Origin: an uncultured Nitrospirota bacterium
Lineage (GTDB): Bacteria > Nitrospirota > Nitrospiria > JACRHA01
Assembly (NCBI GenBank): GCA_964648095.1
Contig: CAZYNY010000032.1
Span: 724 to 24,723, forward strand
Direction: 5' to 3'
DNA length: 24,000 nucleotides
Positions 7,068 through 16,184 of the stretch are shown here, one piece after another. Below the pieces are notes generated by a model. That model was not told the origin of the DNA. It made no database searches and saw nothing but the letters and a program-made list of their open reading frames with translations. A program made the translations under genes and the position numbers. Positions within the stretch are counted from its first letter, which is position 1; every line of letters starts with the position of its first letter.

Positions 7068-8994
7068 GGTCCTGATATCCCTCTTCCCTCTCCATCTCCA
7101 AGTCCAGGGACCTGGCTGCGTCTTCCCTTAAGAATCCCGAGATAGTCTTCATTATCCCGTCAGGGTCAAGCCCATACTTAAGGCGCAGGATCTTCTGTGA
7201 TCCATGCTCAATAAACTGGTCAGGGATCCCTATCCTCTTCACCCTTACAGAACCGGATACCCCCTCTTTTTCAAGGAGCTCCAGGACAGCGGCGCCAAAT
7301 CCCCCGTCAAGGATGTGCTCCTCAACTGTTACAACAGTCTTTGTCCGCTCTATAGTCTTTAATATCAGATCCCTGTCAAGCGGTTTAATAAACCTCCCGT
7401 TTAAAAGGGTTGCCGATATGCCTTTTTCCTGAAGCCTCTTTACAGCTTCCAGTGCAGTATACACAGTGCTCCCTGAGGCAAAAATCGCAAGGTCATCTCC
7501 GCCTGACAACCTCTCCCATCTGCCAAGCGGTATCCTTATCATCTTTTCTTCAAGATTCACCCCGGCCCCGGACCCCCTCGGATATCTGATGGCGACCGGT
7601 GCATCTGTTCTTGTTGCCGTATAGAGCATATGCTGAAATTCATTTTCATCCTTTGGCGCCATAATAGTCATAGAGGGGATATGCCGCAGATAAGCCAGGT
7701 CAAAAAGACCATGATGGGTAGGCCCGTCCTCGCCTACAATCCCCCCCCTGTCAATACAGAAGACTACTGGGAGGCCCTGAAGGCAGACATCATGCACAAT
7801 CTGGTCATAGGCCCTCTGGAGAAAGGTTGAGTAGATGGCCACAAAAGGCCTGAGCCCGGCGGAGGCAAGACCGGCCGCAAATGTCACCGCATGTTGTTCC
7901 GCCATTCCGACATCGTAGAAACGGTCAGGAAACTCCCTGGCAAAACCGAGAAGACCCGTACCTTCAGGCATGGCTGCCGTTATTGCAACAACCCTCCTGT
8001 CACGCCTTGCAAGCCTTACCAGCGTATCTCCAAATATCTTTGTATAGGAGGGGGCAGAAGACCTTGACTTCGGCTCTCCCGTTTGAATGATAAAGGGCGG
8101 TGTCCCGTGAAACAGGGCAGGGTCTTTCTCGGCAGGGGGATAACCCTTCCCCTTCTTGGTGATGACATGGACCAGGATGGGCCCTTTTAGTCTCCTGATA
8201 TTCTCAAATGTTATCATGAGATGATCCATCCTGTGCCCGTCTATGGGGCCGATATACCGGAAGCCCAACTCCTCAAAGAGGAGGCCGGGTATGATCATCC
8301 CTTTCAATGACTCCTCAGCCATCTTTGCGGCCTTCAGCATAGGGCCGCCGATCCTTGGAATATTCTTCAGCAGATGCTCTGTCTCCTGCTTTACCCTGGT
8401 ATAGAACTGACCGGTAATGATGCGGCTTAAGTAGGCAGAGATGGCGCCTACGTTCTTTGATATAGACATCTCATTGTCATTTAATATAACAACTAGATCC
8501 TTATCAAGCCCCCCTGCATGGTTTAAACCCTCAAAGGCGATGCCGGACGATATGGAACCATCCCCGATTATTGCTACAACCTTATAGTTGTCTTTATTCC
8601 TGTCCCTGGCCTCGACAATACCCAGCGCTGCTGATATAGATGTACCGCCGTGGCCCACATTAAATACATCATGCGGGCTCTCCTCCCTCTTGGGGAAACC
8701 GGACATACCATTAAATTCTCTCAAGGTATGGAAACGGTCTCTCCTCCCGGTTAGCAGCTTGTGGGTGTATGATTGATGTCCTACATCCCATATAAGTTTA
8801 TCCTTAGGGGAATCAAAGACATAATGGAGCGCAATGGTTAGCTCTACCACCCCAAGATTGGGGGCAAGGTGGCCTCCCTTTTCCGAGACCACTTCGATGA
8901 TCCTCTTTCTGATCTCTTCCGCTAACACGGGCAGTTCATCCTTCTTGATCTTTTTCAGATCAGCGGGGCTGTTTATGCCTTCAAGAAAGCCCAT
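7024..8994 (-). CDS. dxs: 1-deoxy-D-xylulose-5-phosphate synthase
   Basis: The 656-aa protein has the Dxs N-terminus ([37 protein letters not shown]) and the TPP motif [18 protein letters not shown]. It sits in the conserved xseB-ispA-dxs synteny. Confidence 0.95.
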   Translation of the reverse strand: MGFLEGINSPADLKKIKKDELPVLAEEIRKRIIEVVSEKGGHLAPNLGVVELTIALHYVFDSPKDKLIWDVGHQSYTHKLLTGRRDRFHTLREFNGMSGFPKREESPHDVFNVGHGGTSISAALGIVEARDRNKDNYKVVAIIGDGSISSGIAFEGLNHAGGLDKDLVVILNDNEMSISKNVGAISAYLSRIITGQFYTRVKQETEHLLKNIPRIGGPMLKAAKMAEESLKGMIIPGLLFEELGFRYIGPIDGHRMDHLMITFENIRRLKGPILVHVITKKGKGYPPAEKDPALFHGTPPFIIQTGEPKSRSSAPSYTKIFGDTLVRLARRDRRVVAITAAMPEGTGLLGFAREFPDRFYDVGMAEQHAVTFAAGLASAGLRPFVAIYSTFLQRAYDQIVHDVCLQGLPVVFCIDRGGIVGEDGPTHHGLFDLAYLRHIPSMTIMAPKDENEFQHMLYTATRTDAPVAIRYPRGSGAGVNLEEKMIRIPLGRWERLSGGDDLAIFASGSTVYTALEAVKRLQEKGISATLLNGRFIKPLDRDLILKTIERTKTVVTVEEHILDGGFGAAVLELLEKEGVSGSVRVKRIGIPDQFIEHGSQKILRLKYGLDPDGIMKTISGFLREDAARSLDLEMEREEGYQDHGIQLKGEDRSTAG

Positions 8995-9842
8995 TAGTGC
9001 CTTCTCTCCATTAAAAACCTCGCTATCATTCTTAACGGATCTGCCTTCTCATCAAAACCCCTTAATGAGTCTATTGCCTCATCAACGAGCCCTTTTCCTA
9101 TCTCTCCGGCCTTCTCCATGCCGAGTATAAAAGGATAGGTATTCTTCTCATTCCCGTCAATATCAAGGATATCATCAACTATCTGAAAGGCAAAACCGAT
9201 CTTCTCGCCATAGTTTGTCAAAGAGAGGAGTTGATCACCTGCTGCCCCTGCGGCTATTGCACCGAGCCTTACGGCGCCCCTGATAAGCGCTCCTGTCTTA
9301 TTCTTATATATATACTCAACTGCCTTGAGATCCAGATCCCTTCCCTGATTTACTACATCTACTGTCTGCCCGCCGACCATTCCGGATCCGCCGGCAGCAA
9401 GGCTGAGTTCATAGACCAGATCCATGCACCTGTCTGGATCAATATTAGGATTAATGCCCCTGTCAGTCAATACATTAAAGGCCCGGGTCAAAAGTGCATC
9501 CCCTGTTAATATGGCAATAGATTCTCCAAATACCTTGTGATTTGACAGTTTGCCGCGCCTGAAGTCATCGTTGTCCATGGAGGGGAGATCGTCATGGATA
9601 AGGGAATAGGTATGAACCATCTCTACAGCGGCAGCGGCATTTAGCGCAGCTTCATTTGGTCCGGATACGGCATCCGCAGAGGCAAGAACCAAGATTGCCC
9701 TGACCCTTTTCCCTCCTGAAAAGAGGCTATAGTTTATTGCCTCATCCAGAGGAGCCGGATATTTATCCCCCCCTGAAAAAACCTTGGCCAACCTTAGCTC
9801 TATAATCTTCCTCTTTTCCGTAAGGTAAGATTCAATGTCCAT
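8994..9842 (-). CDS. ispA: Polyprenyl (farnesyl/geranylgeranyl) diphosphate synthase
   Basis: It has the first Asp-rich motif [16 protein letters not shown] and the second, FQIVDDILD. Its stop overlaps the dxs start (TAATG). Confidence 0.9.
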   Translation of the reverse strand: MDIESYLTEKRKIIELRLAKVFSGGDKYPAPLDEAINYSLFSGGKRVRAILVLASADAVSGPNEAALNAAAAVEMVHTYSLIHDDLPSMDNDDFRRGKLSNHKVFGESIAILTGDALLTRAFNVLTDRGINPNIDPDRCMDLVYELSLAAGGSGMVGGQTVDVVNQGRDLDLKAVEYIYKNKTGALIRGAVRLGAIAAGAAGDQLLSLTNYGEKIGFAFQIVDDILDIDGNEKNTYPFILGMEKAGEIGKGLVDEAIDSLRGFDEKADPLRMIARFLMERRH

Positions 9843-9848
9843 CTATTT

Positions 9849-9865
9849 TAAGGGGCTTGCGTCGC
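9849..9865. repeat. 17-nt hairpin-forming direct repeat, copy A
   Basis: AGGGGCTTGCGTCGCCC is identical to 9979-9995. It is self-complementary (GGGC-N7-GCCC, extending to GGGGC/GCCCC in this copy). It lies a few nt upstream of the ispA start on the transcribed strand. Confidence 0.7.
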
Positions 9866-9978
9866 CCCCTCCACCGGCAAAGCCGGATGGAGCCTCCCCC
9901 TCAACGCTCGCTTTGCTCGCTGATTAGAACATTCAGAATCCAAGATATTTTTCTCCTGACTCCTGACTCCCGCTTTCT

Positions 9979-9995
9979 TCAGGGGCTTGCGTCGC
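9979..9995. repeat. 17-nt hairpin-forming direct repeat, copy B
   Basis: AGGGGCTTGCGTCGCCC is identical to 9849-9865. It lies about 10 nt downstream of the xseB stop on the transcribed strand. Confidence 0.7.
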
Positions 9996-10005
9996 CCGTG
10001 GGTAT

Positions 10006-10263
10006 CTACCCTTCACCTGCCTCACCAGGCTCAGGTTCCATATCAAAAGGGCATACCCTTTTTGTGCCGTTCTTTTCCTGCATCAGGATCTCTATTTTTT
10101 TTTCCGCATTATCCAGTATATCAAGGCTTTCCCTGGAAAGCCTTATCCCCTCCTCATACATCCTAAGGGCGTCATCAAGCATGAGATCGCCCTTTTCCAG
10201 GTCCCTGACGATCTCCTCAAGTCTCTTTAACGCATCTTCGAATTTTAGACTAGGCATGGACAT
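10006..10263 (-). CDS. xseB: Exodeoxyribonuclease VII small subunit
   Basis: FEDALKRLEEIVRDLEKGDLMLDDALRMYEEGIRLSRESLDILDNAEKKIEIL is the canonical XseB helical hairpin. The gene is adjacent to xseA. Confidence 0.9.
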   Translation of the reverse strand: MSMPSLKFEDALKRLEEIVRDLEKGDLMLDDALRMYEEGIRLSRESLDILDNAEKKIEILMQEKNGTKRVCPFDMEPEPGEAGEG

Positions 10264-10268
10264 TCACT

Positions 10269-10296
10269 ATTATACATGATGAGAGTCAGAGGTCAA
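10269..10296 (-). promoter_or_regulatory. Sigma-70 promoter directly abutting xseB
   Basis: On the minus strand: TTGACC (rc of 10291-10296), a 16-nt spacer, then TATAAT (rc of 10269-10274). The ATG at 10263 follows 5 nt later. Confidence 0.5.
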
Positions 10297-10299
10297 GAT

Positions 10300-10327
10300 G
10301 CAGGGGCGTATCCCCATACGCCACTGC
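10300..10327 (-). other. Stem-loop between xseA and xseB
   Basis: GCAG-g-GGCGTAT-CCCC-ATACGCC-a-CTGC has a 7-bp perfect inner stem and a 4-bp outer stem around one mismatch. It lies 18 nt downstream of the xseA stop. There is no U-tract, so it is not a canonical intrinsic terminator. Confidence 0.4.
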
Positions 10328-10344
10328 AAAATATCCCCTGTAAA

Positions 10345-11550
10345 TCATATTTTTTCCTCTACCCTGCACCTAAGTTCCCCCTCATAGAGCCTTAGATCTA
10401 TCCTGTCACCAACAGACACCTCGCCTGAGGCCTTCAGGATCTCCATGGAAGGGACCTTTTTTGCTATAGCATATCCCCTCTTCAGGACTGCAAGGGGACT
10501 TAAGGTGTCAAGCCTGGCCGCGGCGTTAGCAAAGCGGGACCTTGAGGCCTGCATCCTCCCTGATATATTTATGTTTAGCCTGTAGATATATTCATCGACC
10601 CTTAAGAAACAGCCTTCAATCATCCTCCTAAGATCGGGCATCCCCCTCAGCTCCTCCTGTATCCTTCCCCTCCTCTCCTGAATTATGCCGATCATCCTGT
10701 TGATTATCCTGCTGGTCATAGCATCTACTTTTTCCACAAGCTCATCCCGGCTCTTAACTACAATCTCTGCGGCAGCTGACGGGGTTGGGGCCCTTAAGTC
10801 CGCTACGAAATCAGATATCGTATAGTCGATCTCATGACCAATGGCAGAGATCACAGGTATTTTTGAATTGTATATCGCCCTTGCTGTAACCTCTTCGTTA
10901 AACGCCCAGAGGTCCTCAATCGATCCGCCGCCCCTTGTAACAATAAGGACATCTATATCCCCCATCCGGTTCATCTCATTTACGGCCTCTGCAATCAATT
11001 CAGCAGCGCCTTCCCCCTGTACAGGGACTGGATTTATAAGAATATCCACGGCAGGAAACCTCCTCCCTATGATATTCAGGATATCCCTTATTGCCGCCCC
11101 GGTCGGGGATGTAACTACCCCGATCTTCTCCGGATACAAAGGGAGGGGTCTCTTGCGGGCCTCATCAAAAAGGCCCTCGTTCTTAAGCCTCTCCTTCAGC
11201 TCCTCAAAGGCCTGCTGGAGCGCGCCTAAGCCCTTCGGCTCAATATAGGTAAGGATGATCTGATATTCACCCTTCGGCTCATATACAGTGATATGTCCCC
11301 TGCAAAGGAGGTGCTGGCCGTCTTTAGGGAGAAACCTTAGAGACCTGACCTGGGATCTGAATATAATCCCCCTGATCTGGGCACGCTCATCCTTTAACGT
11401 AAGGTATATATGCCCCGAACCCGGTATCCTGAGATTAGAAACCTCTCCCTCAAGCCAGATATCGGAAAAACCCTCCTCAAGGGAGGACTTGACTGATAAG
11501 GTGAGCTCATATACGGTATAGACCTTCCTCTCAGAATACTGGATTGTCAT
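10345..11550 (-). CDS. xseA: Exodeoxyribonuclease VII large subunit
   Basis: The 401-aa protein has an OB-fold N-terminus (VWLEGEVSN-type: IWLEGEVSNLRIPGSGHIYLTLKD) and the catalytic core VITSPTGAAIRDIL and RGGGSIEDLWAFNEE. Confidence 0.95.
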   Translation of the reverse strand: MTIQYSERKVYTVYELTLSVKSSLEEGFSDIWLEGEVSNLRIPGSGHIYLTLKDERAQIRGIIFRSQVRSLRFLPKDGQHLLCRGHITVYEPKGEYQIILTYIEPKGLGALQQAFEELKERLKNEGLFDEARKRPLPLYPEKIGVVTSPTGAAIRDILNIIGRRFPAVDILINPVPVQGEGAAELIAEAVNEMNRMGDIDVLIVTRGGGSIEDLWAFNEEVTARAIYNSKIPVISAIGHEIDYTISDFVADLRAPTPSAAAEIVVKSRDELVEKVDAMTSRIINRMIGIIQERRGRIQEELRGMPDLRRMIEGCFLRVDEYIYRLNINISGRMQASRSRFANAAARLDTLSPLAVLKRGYAIAKKVPSMEILKASGEVSVGDRIDLRLYEGELRCRVEEKI

Positions 11551-12325
11551 CCCTTATCTGTATTCTCCTGATAGATTTTGCCATGCCCTCCAGCGGATCA
11601 ATATCGACTATCACGCCGGAAAGAAGTGAAGGCCCGCCGGCAATCTCAAACCGCCTTGGTGTCTGGGTTAAAAATTTATCTATGGCCTCTTCCTTCCTGA
11701 TGCCTATCACAGAATTTATCGGTCCTGTCATCCCCGCATCTGTTATGTAGGCTGTCCCCCTGGGGAGTACTGTCTCGTCAGCGGTCTGTACGTGGGTATG
11801 CGTCCCGATGACGGCAGAGACCTCTCCATCTACATACCATCCGAGGGCCATCTTTTCCGAGGTCGCCTCAGCATGCAAATCTATTATAATTGCCCGCGTC
11901 TCTCTCTTTATCCTGGCTATCTCCTGCCTCGCTGTCCTGAAGGGGCAGTCTATGGGAAGCATGAAGATCCTCCCCATCAGGTGGATGATCCCAACCTTAT
12001 CATAAGTCCTAGTCTCAACAATAATGCTCCCTGATCCGGCAACACCTTCCGGATAGTTTGCCGGCCTGAGGAGACGGCCCTCTTTTTTAATATAATCTAC
12101 TATCTCTTTCTTATCAAAGACATGATTTCCCGATGTGATGACATCTACGCCCTGGTCAAAGAGTTCTTTTGCAATCTTCGGGGTTATGCCAAATCCCCCT
12201 GCAGCATTTTCACCGTTTGCCACTACAAGATCAATCGCCTCAGATTCAATCAGCCCGCCCAGTTTCCTGGCCAGGATCATTCTGCCGGGTTCACCTATTA
12301 TATCTCCGATAAAAAGAAGGTTCAA
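11531..12325 (-). CDS. ymdB: TIGR00282/YmdB family metallophosphoesterase (2',3'-cyclic-nucleotide phosphodiesterase)
   Basis: The 264-aa protein is collinear with B. subtilis YmdB (LFIGDIIG, NGENAAGGFGIT, DLHAEATSEKMALGWYVDG, GTHTHVQTADE, AYITDAGMTGP). It sits in the conserved rny-ymdB synteny. Confidence 0.88.
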   Translation of the reverse strand: MNLLFIGDIIGEPGRMILARKLGGLIESEAIDLVVANGENAAGGFGITPKIAKELFDQGVDVITSGNHVFDKKEIVDYIKKEGRLLRPANYPEGVAGSGSIIVETRTYDKVGIIHLMGRIFMLPIDCPFRTARQEIARIKRETRAIIIDLHAEATSEKMALGWYVDGEVSAVIGTHTHVQTADETVLPRGTAYITDAGMTGPINSVIGIRKEEAIDKFLTQTPRRFEIAGGPSLLSGVIVDIDPLEGMAKSIRRIQIRDDNPVF

Positions 12326-12403
12326 AGTTTTGCCTCAATGTCACAAAGACCCTTCGACCCGCTCAGGGTAAATGCGACTTTATATTCAAAAAAGTGGTTG
12401 CAT

Positions 12404-13960
12404 TTACTTTGCATATTCTATGTATCTGTTCTCTCTTATCACGGTAATCTTTATCTGTCCGGGGTATGTAAGCTCCTGCTGGATCTTTTTGGCCAGCTCC
12501 CTGGCAATCTGGGCAGACTCGGCGTCTGAGACCTCTCCCTGTTTTATGATAACCCTGACCTCCCTTCCGGCCTGTATTGCGTATGCCTTTTCTACACCTT
12601 TGAAGGATGCGGCCAGATTTTCAAGCTTCTCCAGTCTCTTTATGTAGGACTCAAGGGATTCACGCCGCGCCCCGGGTCTTGCGGCAGACAGGGCATCGGC
12701 AGCGGCTACAAGCACCGCTTCTGTTGAAATAGGCTCTATATCACCATGATGCGCCGCAATTGCGTTTACCACCTTGGGCGATTCCCCGTACCTCCTGGCA
12801 AGCTCGGCGCCGATTGACGGGTGGCTCCCCTCCTCCTGGTGGTCCACTGCTTTGCCTATATCGTGTAGTATTGCGGCCCTCTTTGCAAGCTTTATGTCAA
12901 GCCCGAGCTCTGCGGCCATAATCCCGCACAAGAATGTAACCTCCCTTGTATGTGAAAGATTATTCTGCGCGTAACTTGTCCTGTATTTGAGCCTTCCCAG
13001 CAGATTCACCAGTTCTGTATTCAGATCACTGATGCCGGTATCGAATAATAACTTGTCCGCCTCCTCCCGCATCGTCTTATCTATATCCTTTTTTACTTTC
13101 TCGACGATCTCCTCAATCTTTGCGGGATGTATCCTCCCGTCGGTCATCAGCCTTTCGAGGGAAACCCTTGCCACCTCTCTTCTTATCGGGTCGAACCCTG
13201 AGATTATAACCGCCCCCGGCGTATCGTCTATGATAAGATCAATCCCCGTGCAACTCTCAAGGGCCCTTATATTCCTCCCCTCCCTCCCTATGATCCTTCC
13301 CTTCATATCATCGCTCGGAAGGTTGACAACAGAGATGGTCACCTCTGAGGTGTAATCGCTGGAGTAACGCTGTATCGCCTCAGTAATTATATGCTTTGCC
13401 TTCTTTTCAGCGCTATCCTTCGCCTCGTCCTCTATCCTCTTTATCATCTTGGCTGATTCAAACTTTGCCTCCTGCTCCATAGAGCCCATCAGCTGCTTTT
13501 TAGCCTCCTCTGCGGACATGCCTGATATCTTTTCAATCTGCTGTATCTGCTCCTTCTGTCTCCTCTCGCACTTCTCCTCCTTTTCTGTGAGCAGCCTCTC
13601 TCTACCCAGGATCTCCTTTTCCCTCCTGTTATTTTCCCCGTCTCTTTTTTCCAGGAACTCCATCTTTTTATCCAGATGCTGCTCCTTCTGTGTCAGCCTT
13701 TTCTCAAGATTTAAGAACTCAGCCGCCCTCTCCTTCGTCTCCTTTTCAAATTCCGCCTTTATCAGCAGATGCTTATCCTTCGACTCAAGGGCCGCCTCCC
13801 TTAGTCTTGTTTCCGCCTCCCTTTCGGCACTCTTTACAATCCTTCCTGCAGCCTCCTCGGCCTCCTCTATCTTGCTTTTGGTGACCTTAAGGGAAATCAG
13901 ATATCCAAATCCCATACCTAAAATAACTAATGCTATTGATATAGCTATATAAATTGTCAT
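12404..13960 (-). CDS. rny: Ribonuclease Y
   Basis: It has an N-terminal TM helix, a Glu/Lys-rich coiled coil, a KH domain ([15 protein letters not shown]) and an HD domain ([16 protein letters not shown]). I moved the start to 13960 (MTIYIAIS). GAGG lies 8 nt upstream, this start removes the overlap with rarA, and the protein then begins at the TM helix as in other RNase Y proteins. Confidence 0.93.
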   Translation of the reverse strand: MTIYIAISIALVILGMGFGYLISLKVTKSKIEEAEEAAGRIVKSAEREAETRLREAALESKDKHLLIKAEFEKETKERAAEFLNLEKRLTQKEQHLDKKMEFLEKRDGENNRREKEILGRERLLTEKEEKCERRQKEQIQQIEKISGMSAEEAKKQLMGSMEQEAKFESAKMIKRIEDEAKDSAEKKAKHIITEAIQRYSSDYTSEVTISVVNLPSDDMKGRIIGREGRNIRALESCTGIDLIIDDTPGAVIISGFDPIRREVARVSLERLMTDGRIHPAKIEEIVEKVKKDIDKTMREEADKLLFDTGISDLNTELVNLLGRLKYRTSYAQNNLSHTREVTFLCGIMAAELGLDIKLAKRAAILHDIGKAVDHQEEGSHPSIGAELARRYGESPKVVNAIAAHHGDIEPISTEAVLVAAADALSAARPGARRESLESYIKRLEKLENLAASFKGVEKAYAIQAGREVRVIIKQGEVSDAESAQIARELAKKIQQELTYPGQIKITVIRENRYIEYAK

Positions 13961-13973
13961 AACTTTAACCTCA

Positions 13974-15290
13974 CTATGGCGACTCAATGATTGATTTTTT
14001 CATCTTCCCAAGAACTGACAACCTCTCCTTGATCCGGGCTTCATATCCCTCTCCCGAAGGCTTATAAAAGGTCTTCTCATCAGGGAGATACTCCTGCTCA
14101 ACAAAATGGCCCGGAAAATCATGGGGATATTTATATCCTTTACCATGTTCCAGCCTTGTTGCACCTTTATAATGGGAATCTTTGAGGTGCTGCGGGACCT
14201 GCATGACTCTCCCCGTTTCTATATCCTTCAGCGCGGCTTCAATTGCAGTATATACAGCATTACTCTTTGGAGCGGCAGCGATATAAACTGTGGCCTGGGC
14301 AAGTGGGATCCTTCCTTCAGGCATCCCTATGGACTCCAGGGCATGGAGGGCTGAAACCGCAATCCTGAGGGCCTGAGGATCCGCATTCCCTACATCTTCA
14401 GATGCGCAGATAATAATCCTCCTCGCAATAAAGAGCGGGTCCTCCCCCGCATATATCATCTTTGCCAGCCAATATAAAGCCGCGTCAGGATCAGACCCTC
14501 TCATACTCTTTATAAATGCTGATATGGTATCATAGTGACTGTCGCCATCCTCGTATACTACCGGCTTTTTTTGTGTAGATCTCACAGCAGTCTCAAGATC
14601 TATCAAGACCTCTTCATTCTGGTCTGCCGTGCCGGTCAGTACGGCAAGTTCAAGGGAGTTCAACACCCTCCTTGCATCCCCTCCTGAAACCATTACCATA
14701 TGATCGAGGGCATCCTGGGCGACCTTCACCTTCTTGTCTCCAAGCCCCCTCTCCTTATCTGCAAGCGCCTTTCCCAGAATAGTCCTTATTCCGTCATCAG
14801 TAAGGGAATTTAACTCGAAGATAAGCGATCTAGATGAAAGGGCCGGAATAATCGAAAAGAATGGATTCTGGGTCGAGGCGCCGATAAAGGAGATGACCCC
14901 CTTTTCTATATGCGGCAGGAGGGCGCTCTGCTGGGCCTTGTTAAACCGGTGGATTTCATCAATAAATAGGAGGGTCTTTTTCCCGTTCAGCCTTAATGCA
15001 TTCTCAGCATCGGCTATCACCTCCCGGACCTCTGCTATCCCGGACGTAACGGCATTTAGTTCTTTAAACCAGGCCTTGCTCGTGATTGCTATTAGATTTG
15101 CCAGGGCCGTCTTACCGCATCCAGGCGGGCCGAACAGGATTATTGAAGAGATCCTGCCCGCCTCAATCGCCCTCCTTAATACCCTCCCGGGACCTAGTAA
15201 ATGCTCCTGCCCTACTAACTCATCCAGATCCCGTGGTCTCATCCTCCAAGCAAGGGGTGGAGAGAAGGCCTCATTTACCGATTCATACAT
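13974..15290 (-). CDS. rarA: Replication-associated recombination protein A (AAA+ ATPase, MgsA/RarA)
   Basis: It has Walker [12 protein letters not shown], Walker [12 protein letters not shown] and the MgsA C-terminal domain ([47 protein letters not shown]). Confidence 0.95.
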   Translation of the reverse strand: MYESVNEAFSPPLAWRMRPRDLDELVGQEHLLGPGRVLRRAIEAGRISSIILFGPPGCGKTALANLIAITSKAWFKELNAVTSGIAEVREVIADAENALRLNGKKTLLFIDEIHRFNKAQQSALLPHIEKGVISFIGASTQNPFFSIIPALSSRSLIFELNSLTDDGIRTILGKALADKERGLGDKKVKVAQDALDHMVMVSGGDARRVLNSLELAVLTGTADQNEEVLIDLETAVRSTQKKPVVYEDGDSHYDTISAFIKSMRGSDPDAALYWLAKMIYAGEDPLFIARRIIICASEDVGNADPQALRIAVSALHALESIGMPEGRIPLAQATVYIAAAPKSNAVYTAIEAALKDIETGRVMQVPQHLKDSHYKGATRLEHGKGYKYPHDFPGHFVEQEYLPDEKTFYKPSGEGYEARIKERLSVLGKMKKSIIESP

Positions 15291-15364
15291 TTACTACCCC
15301 AAGTATTGCGACATGTGGGATCATCAACAGCAAATGGCTTAAACCCAAAAAAATATGGGATTTT

Positions 15365-15661
15365 TTACCTCAAAAAGCCAAATGATGTCTTATGTTGAGG
15401 GTCTCTCAGGAAGGGAAAAACAAAGTTATAGTCAAGCGTTGATTCCAGAGAAAGAATCGGATTGGCCGGCAGGTCTTTTGTTAAAGAGAAAGAATCGAAC
15501 ATCCTCCCGATAAAATATGACTTGTCATGGATGGCCATTATCTCAGAGGCTGTCCTCTTTGTCATCGGAACCCCTGATAATGTGGCGATTTTGGGAATTA
15601 TAAGATGATTGGTTAATCTCTCTCTCTTTAAAGATAGACCTTGATTTCCTAAGTTAGGCAA
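15365..15661 (-). CDS. Hypothetical protein (doubtful ORF, TTG start)
   Basis: This 98-codon ORF begins at TTG, with an in-frame TAA 17 codons upstream. I see no convincing RBS and recognise no family. It is listed only because it is the sole sizeable ORF in a 0.9-kb gap. Confidence 0.2.
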   Translation of the reverse strand: MPNLGNQGLSLKRERLTNHLIIPKIATLSGVPMTKRTASEIMAIHDKSYFIGRMFDSFSLTKDLPANPILSLESTLDYNFVFPFLRDPQHKTSFGFLR

Positions 15662-16184
15662 TTTGGGAACTACTTTTGACCAGGATTGTAAAGAGCAGAA
15701 CTCTAAAATTTATCTCTCCCTTTCTCCCTAAAGATCCTCAAAAAGATCCTCAACTACTAAATGCTAAATCCTTATACCCCCTACACCCCCGCTTTTGCCG
15801 TGGAGGTAGAAGTTTTGAACCTAGTTAAACTAGGTGGGAACCAATAAGGAAACTTTAGGCTTCCTCCCCGGGCCTTACGACCCCACGAGGCATGCACACC
15901 GTCTCCCCGCATCAGCCCCCTTTTATATTTTGTTGGACAAAAATTCTATCCTCTCACCAACAAAGCAGGGGTTATCATCAATATATCAAACCGGCAAACC
16001 AAATTCAAGAAAAAATATTGACTCCCACCGGGGCCGTGATTCCTTGATTAGACCCCGAAAATATAATATCATTAATTTAAAGATATCTCTTTGATAATGA
16101 AAGATTGTTTTAGTTCCTAACCATATCAGACCGGGGTAAGGACATAAATCATAATCAGGAAATATGGAAACAGGATAAGGGCGA

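Noticed and set aside
9857-10279. 140-aa plus-strand ORF spanning the xseB-ispA spacer and xseB.
   Set aside because: It is antisense to a well-supported xseB gene. Its composition is low-complexity (Ser/Pro/Leu-rich), and it has no RBS.
12987-13952. Plus-strand ORFs of 122 and 167 aa (Ser/Phe/Leu-rich), plus others, inside rny.
   Set aside because: They are mirror-image products of the Glu/Lys-rich coiled-coil coding region of RNase Y. This is a typical antisense artefact.
13961-13987. ORF-track N-terminal extension of rny (MSRHSEVKV) overlapping rarA.
   Set aside because: The internal ATG at 13960 has GAGG 8 nt upstream and starts directly at the TM helix, as in other RNase Y proteins.
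14734-15385. Plus-strand ORFs of 202 and 99 aa opposite rarA.
   Set aside because: They are antisense to a full-length, motif-complete RarA gene and have no independent support.
15860-15900. SRP (4.5S) RNA: a GNRA-capped hairpin followed by GGAAGC resembles helix 8.
   Set aside because: The closing stem is 5 bp rather than 3 bp. The conserved AGCA of the symmetric loop is absent, and there is no long 5'/3' pairing.
15860-15925. tmRNA (ssrA): the minus strand begins GGGGCUGAU...GCAUGCC, reminiscent of the tmRNA 5' acceptor and PK1 region.
   Set aside because: No matching 3' acceptor strand (CAGCUCCACCA), no T-arm (GGUUCGAAUCC-like), no UUCGAC element and no plausible tag ORF ending in LAA-stop within the next 400 nt.
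15700-16184. Cobalamin riboswitch upstream of the B12-dependent mutase.
   Set aside because: No B12-box (GCCACUG-like) or conserved GGUG...AA..CC core on the plus strand. Mutase genes are also not typical riboswitch targets.
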